Origin: Anaerohalosphaeraceae bacterium
GTDB taxonomy: Bacteria > Planctomycetota > Phycisphaerae > Sedimentisphaerales > Anaerohalosphaeraceae
DNA: 64,000 nt
NCBI GenBank assembly: GCA_035450485.1
Contig: DAOTMV010000012.1
Coordinates: forward strand, 38,882-102,881
Direction of reading: 5' to 3'
This document shows, in pieces, positions 9,425 to 19,796 of this stretch; position 1 is the stretch's first letter; the number at the start of each line of letters is the position of its first letter. A program made the translations under genes and the position numbers. The notes below the pieces were generated by a model, which searched no databases, was not told the origin of the DNA, and worked only from the letters and a program-made list of their open reading frames with translations.

Positions 9425-10426
9425 TCAGAGGTTTGCTTTCCAGCAGGCGACGAGGTGGCCCGGTGAACCTATGGGACGGAGCTGCTGGACTTCGCGGGTG
9501 CAGCGGGGTGTGGCAACCGGGCAGCGCGGGTGGAACGGGCAGCCGGCGGGCGGGTTGGACGGGCTGGGGACCTCGCCTTTGAGGGTGATGCGTTCGCGGG
9601 TGCGGCGTGGTTCGGGGCGGGGGATGGCGCTCAGGAGGGCACGGGTGTAGGGATGCAGAGGGTTTGCGTATAGTGCGTCGCGGGAGGCGTACTCGACGAT
9701 GCGGCCGAGGTACATGACGGCGACGTCATCGGAGATGTGCTCGACGACGGCGAGGTCGTGGGCGATAAAGAGGTAGGTGAGGCCCATCTCGGCCTGAAGG
9801 TCCTTGAGGAGGTTTATGATCTGGGACTGGATGGAGACGTCAAGGGCGCTGACGGGCTCGTCGCAGACGATGAACTGGGGATCAAGGGCCAGTGCGCGGG
9901 CGATACCGATGCGCTGGCGCTGGCCGCCGGAGAATTCGTGGGGATAGCGGTCGGCGTGATGGGCCGAGAGGCCGACCTTTTCGAGGAGCGCGACGACCTT
10001 GTCTCGCCGTTTGCGGCCGGTGAGGCCATCGTGGACGGTGAGGGCCTCGCCGATGATGCTTTCGACGGTCATTCGAGGGTTGAGGGAGCCGTAGGGGTCC
10101 TGGAAGATGATCTGCATGCGGCGGCGAAGGAGGCGGAGCTGCTCGTCGCGAAGCATGAAGATGTCGCGGCCGGCGTAGATGACACTGCCATCGGTGGCGG
10201 GGATGAGGCGCAGGAGGGTGCGGCCGACGGTGGTCTTTCCACAGCCGCTTTCGCCGACGAGGCCGAGGGTCTTGCCGCGCGGTATGCGGAAGCTGACGCC
10301 GTCAACTGCTTTCACGGAGCCGACGACGCGGCGCAGCAGCCCCTTGCGTATGGGAAAGTGCGTCTTGAGGTCGACGACCTCGATCAGATTTTTCTGCGGA
10401 GCTATCATCTTCTTCCAACTTGTCAT
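9425..10426 (-). CDS. peptide ABC transporter ATP-binding protein (OppF/DppF-like)
   Basis: Walker [10 protein letters not shown], signature FSGGQRQR, Walker B IVCDE, C-terminal oligopeptide-transporter motif CPFHPRCP. Start set at [18 protein letters not shown]; the first ~107 codons of ORF 9425..10747 are a Pro/Ser/Ala-rich artefact. Confidence 0.8.
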   Translation of the reverse strand: MTSWKKMIAPQKNLIEVVDLKTHFPIRKGLLRRVVGSVKAVDGVSFRIPRGKTLGLVGESGCGKTTVGRTLLRLIPATDGSVIYAGRDIFMLRDEQLRLLRRRMQIIFQDPYGSLNPRMTVESIIGEALTVHDGLTGRKRRDKVVALLEKVGLSAHHADRYPHEFSGGQRQRIGIARALALDPQFIVCDEPVSALDVSIQSQIINLLKDLQAEMGLTYLFIAHDLAVVEHISDDVAVMYLGRIVEYASRDALYANPLHPYTRALLSAIPRPEPRRTRERITLKGEVPSPSNPPAGCPFHPRCPVATPRCTREVQQLRPIGSPGHLVACWKANL

Positions 10427-11426
10427 CTTCGGTTTCGTAGCCGGGGGCGTGCCAACAGGCGACGTTTCGGTCGGGGCGGACGGGGCGAAGTTCGGGTTCC
10501 ATAGTCTGGCAACGGCGGTCGTTTGCGCCGAGGGGGCAGCGAGGGTGGAATTTGCAGCCGGTCGGGAAGTGCAGGGGATCGGGGACCGTGCCGCCGATGA
10601 CGTCGAGGCGCTGGCGGCGGACGCCGAGGCGCGGCAGCGAGCGGAGCAGGCCCTGCGTGTAGGGGTGGAGGGGCTCTTCAAAGATTGCCTCGACGGGGGC
10701 GCTTTCGGCGACGCGCGAGGCATACATGACGACGACTTCGTCGGCATTTTCAGCGACGACGCCGAGGTCGTGGGTGATGAGGAGGACGGACATCTGCGTT
10801 TCGTACTGCAGGCGGCGGATGAGTTCGAGGATCTGGGCCTGGATGGTGACGTCGAGAGCCGTGGTCGGTTCGTCGGCGATGAGCAGCGAAGGGTTGCAGC
10901 TCAAGGCCATTGCGATCATGACGCGCTGACGCATGCCGCCGGACATCTGGTGTGGGTATTCCCTGGCGCGGCGCACGGGATCGGCGATGCCGACGAGCTG
11001 GAGCATGTCGGCGGCACGGCGCCAGGCGTCGGCGTCCTTCATCGGCTGGTGGAGCTGGATGGCCTCGACGATCTGCCGGCCGACGGTGTAGACGGGGTTG
11101 AGGCTTGTCATCGGCTCCTGGAAGATCATGGCGATGTCGTTGCCCCGGACCTGGCGCATTCGATTTTCCTTTGCGTTGAGCAGATCCTGGCGGTTGAACC
11201 AGACGCGGCCGCGGATGATTTTGCCGGGCGGGTCGGGTATGAGACGCAGTATGGACAGGGCTGTGACGCTCTTGCCGCAGCCGCTTTCGCCGACGAGGGC
11301 GACGGTTTTGGCCTTGCCGATGTCGAAGCAGACGTCATTGACGGCGCGGATTTCCCCGGAGTCGGTCTTGAAACTGACCGTGAGATTGCGAATCGACAGA
11401 AGGCTGTCTTTCTTTATGCGGCTCAT
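10302..11426 (-). CDS. peptide ABC transporter ATP-binding protein (OppD/DppD-like)
   Basis: Start MSRIKK overlaps the permease stop by ATGA. Walker A GESGCGKS, signature [16 protein letters not shown]. Has an unusually long acidic C-terminal tail that overlaps the next gene by ~40 codons. Confidence 0.85.
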   Translation of the reverse strand: MSRIKKDSLLSIRNLTVSFKTDSGEIRAVNDVCFDIGKAKTVALVGESGCGKSVTALSILRLIPDPPGKIIRGRVWFNRQDLLNAKENRMRQVRGNDIAMIFQEPMTSLNPVYTVGRQIVEAIQLHQPMKDADAWRRAADMLQLVGIADPVRRAREYPHQMSGGMRQRVMIAMALSCNPSLLIADEPTTALDVTIQAQILELIRRLQYETQMSVLLITHDLGVVAENADEVVVMYASRVAESAPVEAIFEEPLHPYTQGLLRSLPRLGVRRQRLDVIGGTVPDPLHFPTGCKFHPRCPLGANDRRCQTMEPELRPVRPDRNVACWHAPGYETEDDKLEEDDSSAEKSDRGRRPQDALSHTQGAAAPRRRLRESS

Positions 11427-12490
11427 GTCGTGCCTCTCAGTCGTGGATCGATGGCGTCGCGGAGGGCATCGCCGACGAGGTTGTAAGCCAGCACGGCAAG
11501 GAAGATTGCGATGCACGGGGGATAGACCATGTGCGGGGCGACGTTGAGCGAATCGTAAGCGGTGCGGAGGATGTTGCCCCAGGACGGGTCGGGCGGCTGG
11601 ACACCGAAGCCGAGCCAGCTCAAGCCCGCTTCGACGAGGACGGCGTCGGCGATGCCGAAGGTGACACTGACGAGGATAGGAGCCAAGGCGTTGGGGAGGA
11701 TGTGTCGGAACATGATACGTGCGTGGCCGATGCCGAGGGCGCGGGCGGCAGTGACATAGTCCTGGCCCTTGATGCGCATGAATTCGCCGCGTGTGTAGCG
11801 GGCGATGCTTGTCCAGCGGGTCAGGCCGATAACGATCATTACGTTGACGATGTTCGGTTCGAGCCAGACCATGATTGCGAGGATGAGAAAGAAGACCGGG
11901 AAGCAGACGACGATTTCGATGACGCGGCTGATGAGCATATCGACGAGGCCGCCCCAGTAGCCGGCCAGGCCGCCCATGAGGATACCGATGACGGCGGCGA
12001 TGCCCATGGAGACGAAGCCGACCTTGACGGAGACGGCGGCGCCGTGGATCATGCGTGCGGCGAGATCGCGACCGAGTTCGTCGGTGCCGAGCCAGTGGCG
12101 GCTGGAGGGGGGCTGGAGGAATTCGGTGCTTTGTTCGTACTCGTGGTACGGGATGAGCGGCCAGATGGCGAAGGCCTCGGGGTCGAGCTCCTTTTTGGCA
12201 TCGAACTGGGGCAGATTGAAGGGCCTGGGTTTCTCGATCCAGTGCGGCCCGGCGCCTCGGGACTGGAAGATCTCGATAACGGCGGGAAAGTACCAGCGGC
12301 CGTTGTACTTGCAGACGATGGGCTGATTTGTAGCCAGCAGCGGGCTGAAGATCCAGACGGCGAGCATCGCTGCAATGACGATGAGGCCGGCGAGGCCGCG
12401 GCGGTTGCGGCGGACGTTGCGCCAGACGTAACGCCAGTAGTTTTCGGAGGAGGCCTGCGGCTGGGGAAGTGTGATCGTCGGCTCAGTCAT
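11423..12490 (-). CDS. peptide ABC transporter permease (OppC/DppC-like)
   Basis: 355 aa, six TM segments, and an N-terminal OppC_N-like region. Confidence 0.85.
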   Translation of the reverse strand: MTEPTITLPQPQASSENYWRYVWRNVRRNRRGLAGLIVIAAMLAVWIFSPLLATNQPIVCKYNGRWYFPAVIEIFQSRGAGPHWIEKPRPFNLPQFDAKKELDPEAFAIWPLIPYHEYEQSTEFLQPPSSRHWLGTDELGRDLAARMIHGAAVSVKVGFVSMGIAAVIGILMGGLAGYWGGLVDMLISRVIEIVVCFPVFFLILAIMVWLEPNIVNVMIVIGLTRWTSIARYTRGEFMRIKGQDYVTAARALGIGHARIMFRHILPNALAPILVSVTFGIADAVLVEAGLSWLGFGVQPPDPSWGNILRTAYDSLNVAPHMVYPPCIAIFLAVLAYNLVGDALRDAIDPRLRGTT

Positions 12491-13463
12491 AGGCTATCCT
12501 CGGGTCGACGAATGGATAACTGAGGTCGGCAAGGAGCGTACCGAGCAGGACGAGGCATGCGGTGATGAATGTCAGGGCCATGATGGTCGGGTAGTCGCGG
12601 GACATCATGCTCTCGAAGAAGAGCCGGCCCATGCCGGGCCAGTTGAACATGACCTCGAGGATGACGGAGCCGCCGATGATGGACGGCAACAGGAGACCGA
12701 AGAGCGTCATGACGGGGATCAGGGCGTTGCGGAAGCCGTGGCGCATGATGACGTCTCTTTCACGGAGGCCCTTTGCGCGTGCGGTGCGGATGTAATCCTG
12801 TCGGAGAACTTCGAGCATGTTCTGGCGGACGAAACGGGCATAGTAGGCCAGTGCGCCGTAACTGAAGCAGAAGGTAATGAGGGTGTAGTGGCGGACGAGA
12901 TCGACAATCTTGCCGAGGGCGGAGAGCTGTTCGAAATCGTCGGACCTGATGCCCTGGAACGGCAAGAGATTCCACTGGATGGCGACGATGAGGATGAGGG
13001 GCACGGCCATGACGTAGCTTGGGACGGAATAGAGCGCATAGAGGATGGTGCTGCCGGCGGTGTCAAAGAGGCTGTCTTGGCGTGCGGCGGAATAGATGCC
13101 GATGGGGATTGCGACAGCAAGGCTGATGCCGAGTGAGAGTATGGCCAGCGACATGGTGGGCCAGAGGCGCTCGCGGATTTTGTGCCAGACGGGCCGGCGG
13201 TCGGTGGACATGGAGGCGCCGAAGTCGAGACGCACAAGGCGCCAGAGCCACTGGCCGTAGCGTTTGATGATGGGCTGGTCGAGGCCGTAGTACTGGCGCA
13301 GCTCTTCGTAGACGCGGTTAGAGACTTTGCTGTCCATAATGCCCTGTGTCTGGAGCTGGGCCGGGTCGCCGGGGGCCAGGTTGATGATAAAAAAGGTCAC
13401 CAGCGTGATTCCGAACAGCGTCGGAACAGCAAGCAAGACTCTGCGAAGGACATAAGCCAGCAT
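12483..13463 (-). CDS. peptide ABC transporter permease (OppB/DppB-like)
   Basis: 326 aa. MLAYVLRRVLLAVPTLFGITLVTF is the canonical OppB N-terminus. Confidence 0.85.
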   Translation of the reverse strand: MLAYVLRRVLLAVPTLFGITLVTFFIINLAPGDPAQLQTQGIMDSKVSNRVYEELRQYYGLDQPIIKRYGQWLWRLVRLDFGASMSTDRRPVWHKIRERLWPTMSLAILSLGISLAVAIPIGIYSAARQDSLFDTAGSTILYALYSVPSYVMAVPLILIVAIQWNLLPFQGIRSDDFEQLSALGKIVDLVRHYTLITFCFSYGALAYYARFVRQNMLEVLRQDYIRTARAKGLRERDVIMRHGFRNALIPVMTLFGLLLPSIIGGSVILEVMFNWPGMGRLFFESMMSRDYPTIMALTFITACLVLLGTLLADLSYPFVDPRIAYD

Positions 13464-13479
13464 ATCACGTTCACCTGTG

Positions 13480-15240
13480 CTATTGACCGAGCAGCGCGGC
13501 GCTGGGCATCCACCAATTACTGATGCCCGGATCGAAACTCATGATGCCCCTGGGGGAGAACTGCACGCCGCGGATGCGCTTGTTGATCGCGGCGAGGATC
13601 GGACGGTTGTAGATCCACGTGTAGGGCTGCTCGTCATAGAGTATCTTGTGAATTTCCTGGTAGATGAGCCGGCGTTTTTCGGGGTCAAATTCGCGGCGCC
13701 CGGCGGCGAAGAGTTCATCGACGCGCGGATTGGAATAGCCGATGTAGTTGCGGCCGATGTCGTACTGCTCGGTTCGCCAGAGGTCCCAGCCGGTGTCGGG
13801 GTCGGTGCCGGTGCCCCACGCGGCGGTCTGGGCCTGAAATTCGTGCTGGCGGACGCACTTGAGGAAGGAGGACCATTCGAGTGTCCTGGTCTTCATGTCG
13901 ACGCCAAGTTTCTTGAGGTCCTCCTGGAGGATAGCGGCAATCTGCGGGGCGGTCGGCGAGCCCTGAGGGGTCAGGAGGGTAAATTCTAAGCGGACTTTGG
14001 CACCGTCGATGTTCTTGTATCGCCAGCCGTCATTGGGGTTGACGGTCCAGCCGGCCTCATCGAGCAGGGCGGCGGCCTTTTCGAGATCGTAGGGCAGGAG
14101 CTTGATGTCGGGGTTGGCCATCCATGAATCCGGGTGGTAGACACCGTAACACGGACTGGCCAGATTGTAGTAGATCTTGTCGAGGATGCGGGGGATGTTG
14201 AGCGCATGTGTCATGGCCCTGCGGACACGGACATCGGTGAAGAACGGGTTACTGCCGTCCATGTTCCAGCCGATGTAGCCGAAGAGCCATTGCGTGCCCC
14301 ACGCCTTGTAACCAACGTCAGCGAAGGTCCGGGTGTTTGTTTCGCGTGCGAACTGCTGGGCACTGAGGTTCTCAATGACGTGCACCTGGCCTTTCTGGAA
14401 TGCCAGGAGCGACATATTGGAATCGGGGATGATGCGGAAGATGATACGTTTGAAATAGGGCTTCCTGCCCTTGTAGCCGTCCCATCGTTCGACAACGATC
14501 TTGTCGTTTTCTTTCCATTCGACAAGGCGGTATGGTCCGCTTCCGACGGGGTTGCGGGATTGCAAGACGTAATAGTCGCCGCTCCTGAGGTCGGGATTGT
14601 TCTGCTTGTCCTTTTCGTAGATGTGTTTGGGGATGATGGGGAAATGCAGATTCCAGAGGCGCGTCGCAAGGGGTTCGGGCTGGACGTACTTGACGGTGAG
14701 AGGATCAAGGGCGACGCATTCGGTGATGGGCTCGACGCTGGGTTTCTGGGTACCGCAGGGGACGGCGGGGTCAAGTATCTGCCGCCAGGAGAACACGATG
14801 TCGTCGGCGGTGAACGGGTGGCCGTCGTGCCAGGTGAGGCCTGGCTTGATCCTGAGGATGAAAGTGGTGTGGTCCTCGGATTCTTCGAAGGATTCGACCA
14901 CCTCCGTGTTGACCATCCAATTCATGTCTTTGTCAAAGGAAAACGGGCCGGTGTAGAGGACGCCCTGTACGATGCCTTCATATTGGGAACTGGCGAAGAG
15001 CGGATTGAGGGTGTTGGGGTTGCCATCGAGCTGGACGAAGAGCGTTTCATCGGTGTTGATCAAGGCGGGATCGTCCGGCGGCGGCTCGAAGAGCACGGGC
15101 GGATTGACCAGGGGGTCTGTGGTGGGGTCATAGGTTACGTCGGCCGCTTCGGGGCCTGCGGGCGGTTTGCGACATCCCGCCAGCGCGAGCGAAGCGACAA
15201 ACAGGACCGCCGCGATGCGCGGAAGAGACGGTTTGTTCAT
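13480..15240 (-). CDS. ABC transporter substrate-binding protein, family 5 (OppA/DppA-like) lipoprotein
   Basis: Start MNKPSLPRIAAVLFVASLALAGC (lipobox LAGC) is preceded by a GGAG RBS. The family-5 SBP fold is visible throughout. The ORF extension to 15357 is rejected. Confidence 0.85.
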   Translation of the reverse strand: MNKPSLPRIAAVLFVASLALAGCRKPPAGPEAADVTYDPTTDPLVNPPVLFEPPPDDPALINTDETLFVQLDGNPNTLNPLFASSQYEGIVQGVLYTGPFSFDKDMNWMVNTEVVESFEESEDHTTFILRIKPGLTWHDGHPFTADDIVFSWRQILDPAVPCGTQKPSVEPITECVALDPLTVKYVQPEPLATRLWNLHFPIIPKHIYEKDKQNNPDLRSGDYYVLQSRNPVGSGPYRLVEWKENDKIVVERWDGYKGRKPYFKRIIFRIIPDSNMSLLAFQKGQVHVIENLSAQQFARETNTRTFADVGYKAWGTQWLFGYIGWNMDGSNPFFTDVRVRRAMTHALNIPRILDKIYYNLASPCYGVYHPDSWMANPDIKLLPYDLEKAAALLDEAGWTVNPNDGWRYKNIDGAKVRLEFTLLTPQGSPTAPQIAAILQEDLKKLGVDMKTRTLEWSSFLKCVRQHEFQAQTAAWGTGTDPDTGWDLWRTEQYDIGRNYIGYSNPRVDELFAAGRREFDPEKRRLIYQEIHKILYDEQPYTWIYNRPILAAINKRIRGVQFSPRGIMSFDPGISNWWMPSAALLGQ

Positions 15241-15500
15241 GTTATCAAATCTCCGTTCTTGATCCCCCCCAAACACATGGTTACACACACGAGTTTCAAC
15301 TGGTTCGCAGAATCCATTGCTTATCGTGTTTACGCAGGTCGACGACGTTTCAATCAAGCAGTTTTGGGGGTTGGAGTCAATGAAAAAAGCATGGCGAGGC
15401 CAAAAAACGGCGTCTGAGGCGGGCGAGGACGAACGATGCGCGCCATTTGCGTCCGATAACTTTGAAGCAGTCCCGGTTGCGACGATGCGCGGACTATCTG

Positions 15501-16661
15501 TCAGGGCTGCGCAGCATCGGGCGAGGCAGTGAGCGCGGGCGGAGCCTTCAACCGCAGGGGCTCCGTGAGGGCGGCGTTGCCGGGCCCTTTGCCGTAGTCA
15601 TAAGCGAACTTGCCAGCCAGTTGGCCGGGCTGGGTGGCGCTTCCGAGGAGGATTTGCCGCTCGGCATCGATCACAGAGCCTTTGCCGCCTTCGAGAGCCT
15701 TGCGGAGGCGATTCTGGGGGCGAGCAAGGATTTCAGTAATTGGGCCGTTTTCTATTTCGGCGATGACGGAGACCAGTTGCTGCTTCTGCAGTTCGTCGAG
15801 GAGATTTTCGCCGAGGACATAGCGCTCGATGACATAGGAGTAGAGCTGGGAGAACCGCCGCAGGAGATCGGCCCTGCGTGCATCGGCCGTCTCAGCGATG
15901 ATCTGTTTGCCGAGTGCGGTAAGAAGCGGCATTTCGAGCATTTCATACCTGACCGTCCAGTTTGCGTACTGCAAGGTTCGCAGGTCCGCGATCTTGTTGA
16001 CGAGTGCACGGGCTTCGGCGGTGTTGAGGCGATCGGCGAACTCGACGATCATTCGCATGGTCTCGGGGGCCATCGTGTCGCTGACGACCTGATCGAGACG
16101 GCTGATGATGCGGCGGGCGAGATCTTCATCGCCGAGGACCTGCGAGGTCAATTGGGCGGCGACGCCGGGATTGGTAACGGTCTTGACGGCCCAGTATTGC
16201 GTGGTTGGGTGGGTGTCGCCAAGTCTGTCGAGGCCGAACTGGACCATTTCGGTGGTCTGAAGGCCAGCGGCAAGTATGATCAGATTCAGAGTCAGGCGCT
16301 GCCGATGGTCAGGATTCTGCAGGCGTGCGGCGTTTTCGAAGGTGGTCTTGAGGTGTTTTGCAACGGCTTCGGCGAAGGCGATCTTGTAGGGGCTGGGGTC
16401 TGCTGCGCCTTTCTGCGCCAGGATGGTCTCGCGGACATCGACGGCACGCCAGGGGTCCTCTTCGAAGTAGAGTTCCTCCAGTGCATCGTGCACGAATTTG
16501 TCCAGGATCGCCTGATCAGCGGGCGACAGGGTGGCCTTGGATTGGAGTGTGCGGGCACGGACCGCTTCGATTTCGGCAGTGTTTGCGGCGTAAAGGCTTG
16601 ATACCGGGAACAGTATTGCTGCAATTGCACCCACGAAAAGACAGATTCTCTTAGAGACCAT
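15501..16661 (-). CDS. hypothetical secreted alpha-helical protein
   Basis: Signal peptide MVSKRICLFVGAIAAILFPVSSLYAANTA. Helical repeats; no family recognised. Confidence 0.45.
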   Translation of the reverse strand: MVSKRICLFVGAIAAILFPVSSLYAANTAEIEAVRARTLQSKATLSPADQAILDKFVHDALEELYFEEDPWRAVDVRETILAQKGAADPSPYKIAFAEAVAKHLKTTFENAARLQNPDHRQRLTLNLIILAAGLQTTEMVQFGLDRLGDTHPTTQYWAVKTVTNPGVAAQLTSQVLGDEDLARRIISRLDQVVSDTMAPETMRMIVEFADRLNTAEARALVNKIADLRTLQYANWTVRYEMLEMPLLTALGKQIIAETADARRADLLRRFSQLYSYVIERYVLGENLLDELQKQQLVSVIAEIENGPITEILARPQNRLRKALEGGKGSVIDAERQILLGSATQPGQLAGKFAYDYGKGPGNAALTEPLRLKAPPALTASPDAAQP

Positions 16662-17103
16662 TGCGTGGCTTTCCAAAAATGCGCTAACAAAGCAAGATCG
16701 GCAATAATTACCTATGAGGATAACCTATTATTGGCGTCAAGTCAAGCCAATTCGCGGGCCAAAACGGCCGGCTGCCGGCAGCCAACGCAGCCGGAAAAAC
16801 GGACTAACGCCTGATAATATCGAGGGTTGCGAGGAATCCAGCAGGCGAAGTAAAGCAAAAACCGGATGCAGGTTATACCGGAAGGTGTCTTTGCCGAAAA
16901 AGTGGGTAGCGCCGGCAGGTCGCACACGTCTAAGGGGAAAAACGCCTCATTGGAACGAACTTACTGATTATGGAGTCAGTACAGTTTTTTTGTTGCGGGT
17001 GCGAGCGGGGGAGGCGTTACGCGGAATAAACGTTGAAACAGACGCGGGAACATGGTAGTTTGTGTGGCCTGGGATCAATAACCGCGACTCGCGGCAGAGA
17101 CAA

Positions 17104-18366
17104 ATGAAGAAGTACCTGCTCATCGTAGCTGCTCTTGTGATTATTGCCTGCCCAGGCTGTCAGCCGAAGGAACAGGACGGGGGTATCGTCGCGCAGCAGC
17201 GGATAAGCGAATTGCCTTTGGAGGGTCCCGCGGTAACGGATGAGGGCGGGGATACGGCGGAGGCGGGTGAGGGTGTACCTGAGACGCCAACCGAGGTAAC
17301 CGCCCTGCCGCAAGAGGCACAGGCACCGTCCGAAGAGATGACGACTGCGGTTGAGGAACCGACGGATACGGCACCGACGGAGGAGATCGCCGTGACGTCT
17401 GCGCCAAGAGAGGAGCAAAAACCCGAAGAGAAGGCGTCGGCGCCACCAGACGAGCAGGCAGGTGCGGAGGCAAAGGCGGATGAGGTCGAGGTGTCTGCCG
17501 AACCAGCCCAGAACGGAGAGGCAGGCGGCTCGACCGCTGCCAAGGCGGAGTCGGAGGCAGACACGGATAATGGCGCGGCTGCGGCGGAGGATTTCGAGCT
17601 GCTCGGACCGCGGATTCTTACTGCTTATGGAAATCTGCTGCGTTCTTATGTGGATGAGCACGGCAACGTCGACTATCCTACGCTGCGGCGAAAACGGGGC
17701 GAACTTTACGCTATTCTTCGGGATCTGGACAAGCTCGATCCGCGGGAGTACTTCCCATGGGGGCGCAACGAGAAGATCGCCTTCTGGATTAATGCATATA
17801 ACCTGTTCACCCTGAAGGTGGTCGTGGAGAATTACCCGATCGAGCCGAACTGGGCGAAGGTCATGCTCAACTATCCGAAGAACAGCATCGTTCACATCAA
17901 CGCCCCGTGGACAAAGCAGTATTTCAAGGTGATGGGGATGCAGCACACGCTTCGCGAGATCGAGCGAAGCAATCTGTTAGCACGCTACGGCGATCTGCGG
18001 GTGTGCATGGCTTTATCGTATGCTTCGATGGGCGGGGCGATGCTGCGTAACGAGCCATATCGTGGGGACAAACTTGACGAACAATTAGACGACCAGGTGA
18101 GGCGGTTCCTTGCGGACAAGCGAGGCTTTCAGATCAGCGACGGGACGGTCTGCTTAGCCGATATTTTCAACTGGTACAAGCAAGATTTCATCCGGAAGTA
18201 TGGGGAAGTTCGCAGGTTCCGGGAAAAGCCGGAACACATCCAGGCCTACCTGAATTTCATCGTGGGGTATGTCAGCGCCAGTGACGCGCAATATCTCGAG
18301 ACACGGGATTACACGGTCGAGTTCCGCAAATATGACTGGCGTCTGAACGAGCAAACGAACAAGTAA
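17104..18366 (+). CDS. DUF547-domain lipoprotein with acidic low-complexity linker
   Basis: MKKYLLIVAALVIIACPGC lipobox, then a ~150-aa E/A/T/P-rich linker. The C-terminal half matches DUF547 (…FWINAYNLFTLKVVV…, …YKQDF…). Confidence 0.65.
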   Translation: MKKYLLIVAALVIIACPGCQPKEQDGGIVAQQRISELPLEGPAVTDEGGDTAEAGEGVPETPTEVTALPQEAQAPSEEMTTAVEEPTDTAPTEEIAVTSAPREEQKPEEKASAPPDEQAGAEAKADEVEVSAEPAQNGEAGGSTAAKAESEADTDNGAAAAEDFELLGPRILTAYGNLLRSYVDEHGNVDYPTLRRKRGELYAILRDLDKLDPREYFPWGRNEKIAFWINAYNLFTLKVVVENYPIEPNWAKVMLNYPKNSIVHINAPWTKQYFKVMGMQHTLREIERSNLLARYGDLRVCMALSYASMGGAMLRNEPYRGDKLDEQLDDQVRRFLADKRGFQISDGTVCLADIFNWYKQDFIRKYGEVRRFREKPEHIQAYLNFIVGYVSASDAQYLETRDYTVEFRKYDWRLNEQTNK

Positions 18367-18414
18367 TCGACCGGCGAAGTACAACATTTCACCGACGGCG
18401 GGGCCTTATTACGT

Positions 18415-18444
18415 TTGACAGGGGCGGCGCAGTCGCTGTATATT
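18415..18444 (+). promoter_or_regulatory. sigma70 consensus promoter TTGACA-18-TATATT upstream of metK
   Basis: Perfect -35 and near-perfect -10, ~45 nt upstream of the metK start. The leader is too short for a SAM riboswitch. Confidence 0.4.
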
Positions 18445-18487
18445 ACGCTTTTTGTCATACATAAAGACCCTGTGAATAGGAGATAAT

Positions 18488-19693
18488 TTGATGATACGAA
18501 GGGCATCTGGAAGACGCCTGGACGGCCGGGGGCATCTGTTCACAAGCGAATCGGTAACGATGGGGCATCCGGACAAGGTCGCCGATCAGATCTCCGATTC
18601 CATTCTTGACGCCATCATCGCACAAGACCCCAACTGCCGGGTGGCCTGTGAGACGCTGGTTTCGACCGGTCTTGTGGTTATTGCGGGCGAGGTGACGACC
18701 ACCGCGATCGTGGATATTCCGGCCATCGCGCGGCAGACCATCAAACGCATCGGGTACACCGATCCGCATATCGGTTTTGATTATGAGAACTGCGCGGTGA
18801 TGGTTGCGCTGGGTCATCAGAGCCCGGACATATCGCAGGGTGTGACGGAGGGGCAAGGGCTGCACAAGGAACAGGGCGCGGGCGACCAGGGCCTGATGTT
18901 CGGGTACGCCTGCACGGAGACACCGAGCCTGATGCCGATGCCGATCTCACTGGCGCACAAGCTGACGGACCGGCTCACCCGGATGCGCGAATCGGGCAAG
19001 ATCGACTGGCTGCGGCCGGACGGCAAGAGCCAGGTAACCGTGGAGTACGGAGAGAACGGCAAGCCCAAGCGGATTCACACGGTGCTGATCAGCACGCAGC
19101 ATGCGCCGCACGTCAAGTACGCAACGATCAAGAAGGAAATCATCGAGAAGGTGATCATGCCGGTTCTGCCGAAGAAGTTGGTGGATGGCAAGATCACGAT
19201 TCACGTCAATCCCACGGGGCGGTTCGTGGTGGGCGGGCCAAAGGGCGACTGCGGCATGACGGGGCGAAAGATCATCGTGGACACTTATGGCGGTCGCGGC
19301 AGCCACGGCGGAGGGGCCTTCAGCGGTAAGGATCCGTCGAAAGTCGATCGGACGGCGAGTTATATGGCGCGTTACATCGCGAAGAATATCGTGGCGGCCG
19401 GACTGGCCGAGGCGTGCGAGGTGCAGTTGTCTTACGCGATCGGCGTGGCCAAGCCGCTTTCGGTGCTCGTTGATACGGAGGGGACGGCGAAGGTCGATGA
19501 GCTTCTGATCGAAGACCTGGTGTTGGAGCATTTCCCGCTGACGCCGAAGGGGATGATCGAGCATTTACAGTTGAGGCGGCCGATCTTCGCCGAGACGGCA
19601 CGCAACGGTCATTTCGGGCCCAACCTGCCGGAGTTCACGTGGGAGAAGACCGACATGGCGGCGACGCTGCGTAAGGCGGCGGGGCTGAAATAG
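18488..19693 (+). CDS. metK: S-adenosylmethionine synthetase
   Basis: HLFTSESV(TM)[29 protein letters not shown]…[16 protein letters not shown]. Complete MetK; the exact start (18488 vs 18491) is uncertain. Confidence 0.95.
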   Translation: MMIRRASGRRLDGRGHLFTSESVTMGHPDKVADQISDSILDAIIAQDPNCRVACETLVSTGLVVIAGEVTTTAIVDIPAIARQTIKRIGYTDPHIGFDYENCAVMVALGHQSPDISQGVTEGQGLHKEQGAGDQGLMFGYACTETPSLMPMPISLAHKLTDRLTRMRESGKIDWLRPDGKSQVTVEYGENGKPKRIHTVLISTQHAPHVKYATIKKEIIEKVIMPVLPKKLVDGKITIHVNPTGRFVVGGPKGDCGMTGRKIIVDTYGGRGSHGGGAFSGKDPSKVDRTASYMARYIAKNIVAAGLAEACEVQLSYAIGVAKPLSVLVDTEGTAKVDELLIEDLVLEHFPLTPKGMIEHLQLRRPIFAETARNGHFGPNLPEFTWEKTDMAATLRKAAGLK

Positions 19694-19720
19694 ACGAAGT
19701 ACGGCATGTGAAAACAACGT

Positions 19721-19754
19721 GGGCGACCTCGGGTGGGAGGTCGCCCATTTTTTG
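19721..19754. terminator. bidirectional intrinsic terminator between convergent metK and purH
   Basis: GGGCGACCTC-gggtgg-GAGGTCGCCC hairpin followed by ATTTTTTG. The complementary strand has an A-run preceding the stem. Confidence 0.65.
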
Positions 19755-19796
19755 TAACAGTCATAACCGCACGGGCGGTATCTGGCAACGTGACGA

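Noticed and set aside
9425-10747. Full 440-aa ORF for the OppF-like gene
   Set aside because: The first ~107 codons are Pro/Ser/Ala/Arg-rich, overlap the upstream oppD coding region, and are not part of any ABC ATPase. An internal Met start was used.
18367-18487. SAM riboswitch upstream of metK
   Set aside because: A consensus promoter leaves only a ~45-nt leader, too short for any SAM riboswitch class, and no conserved riboswitch motifs were seen.
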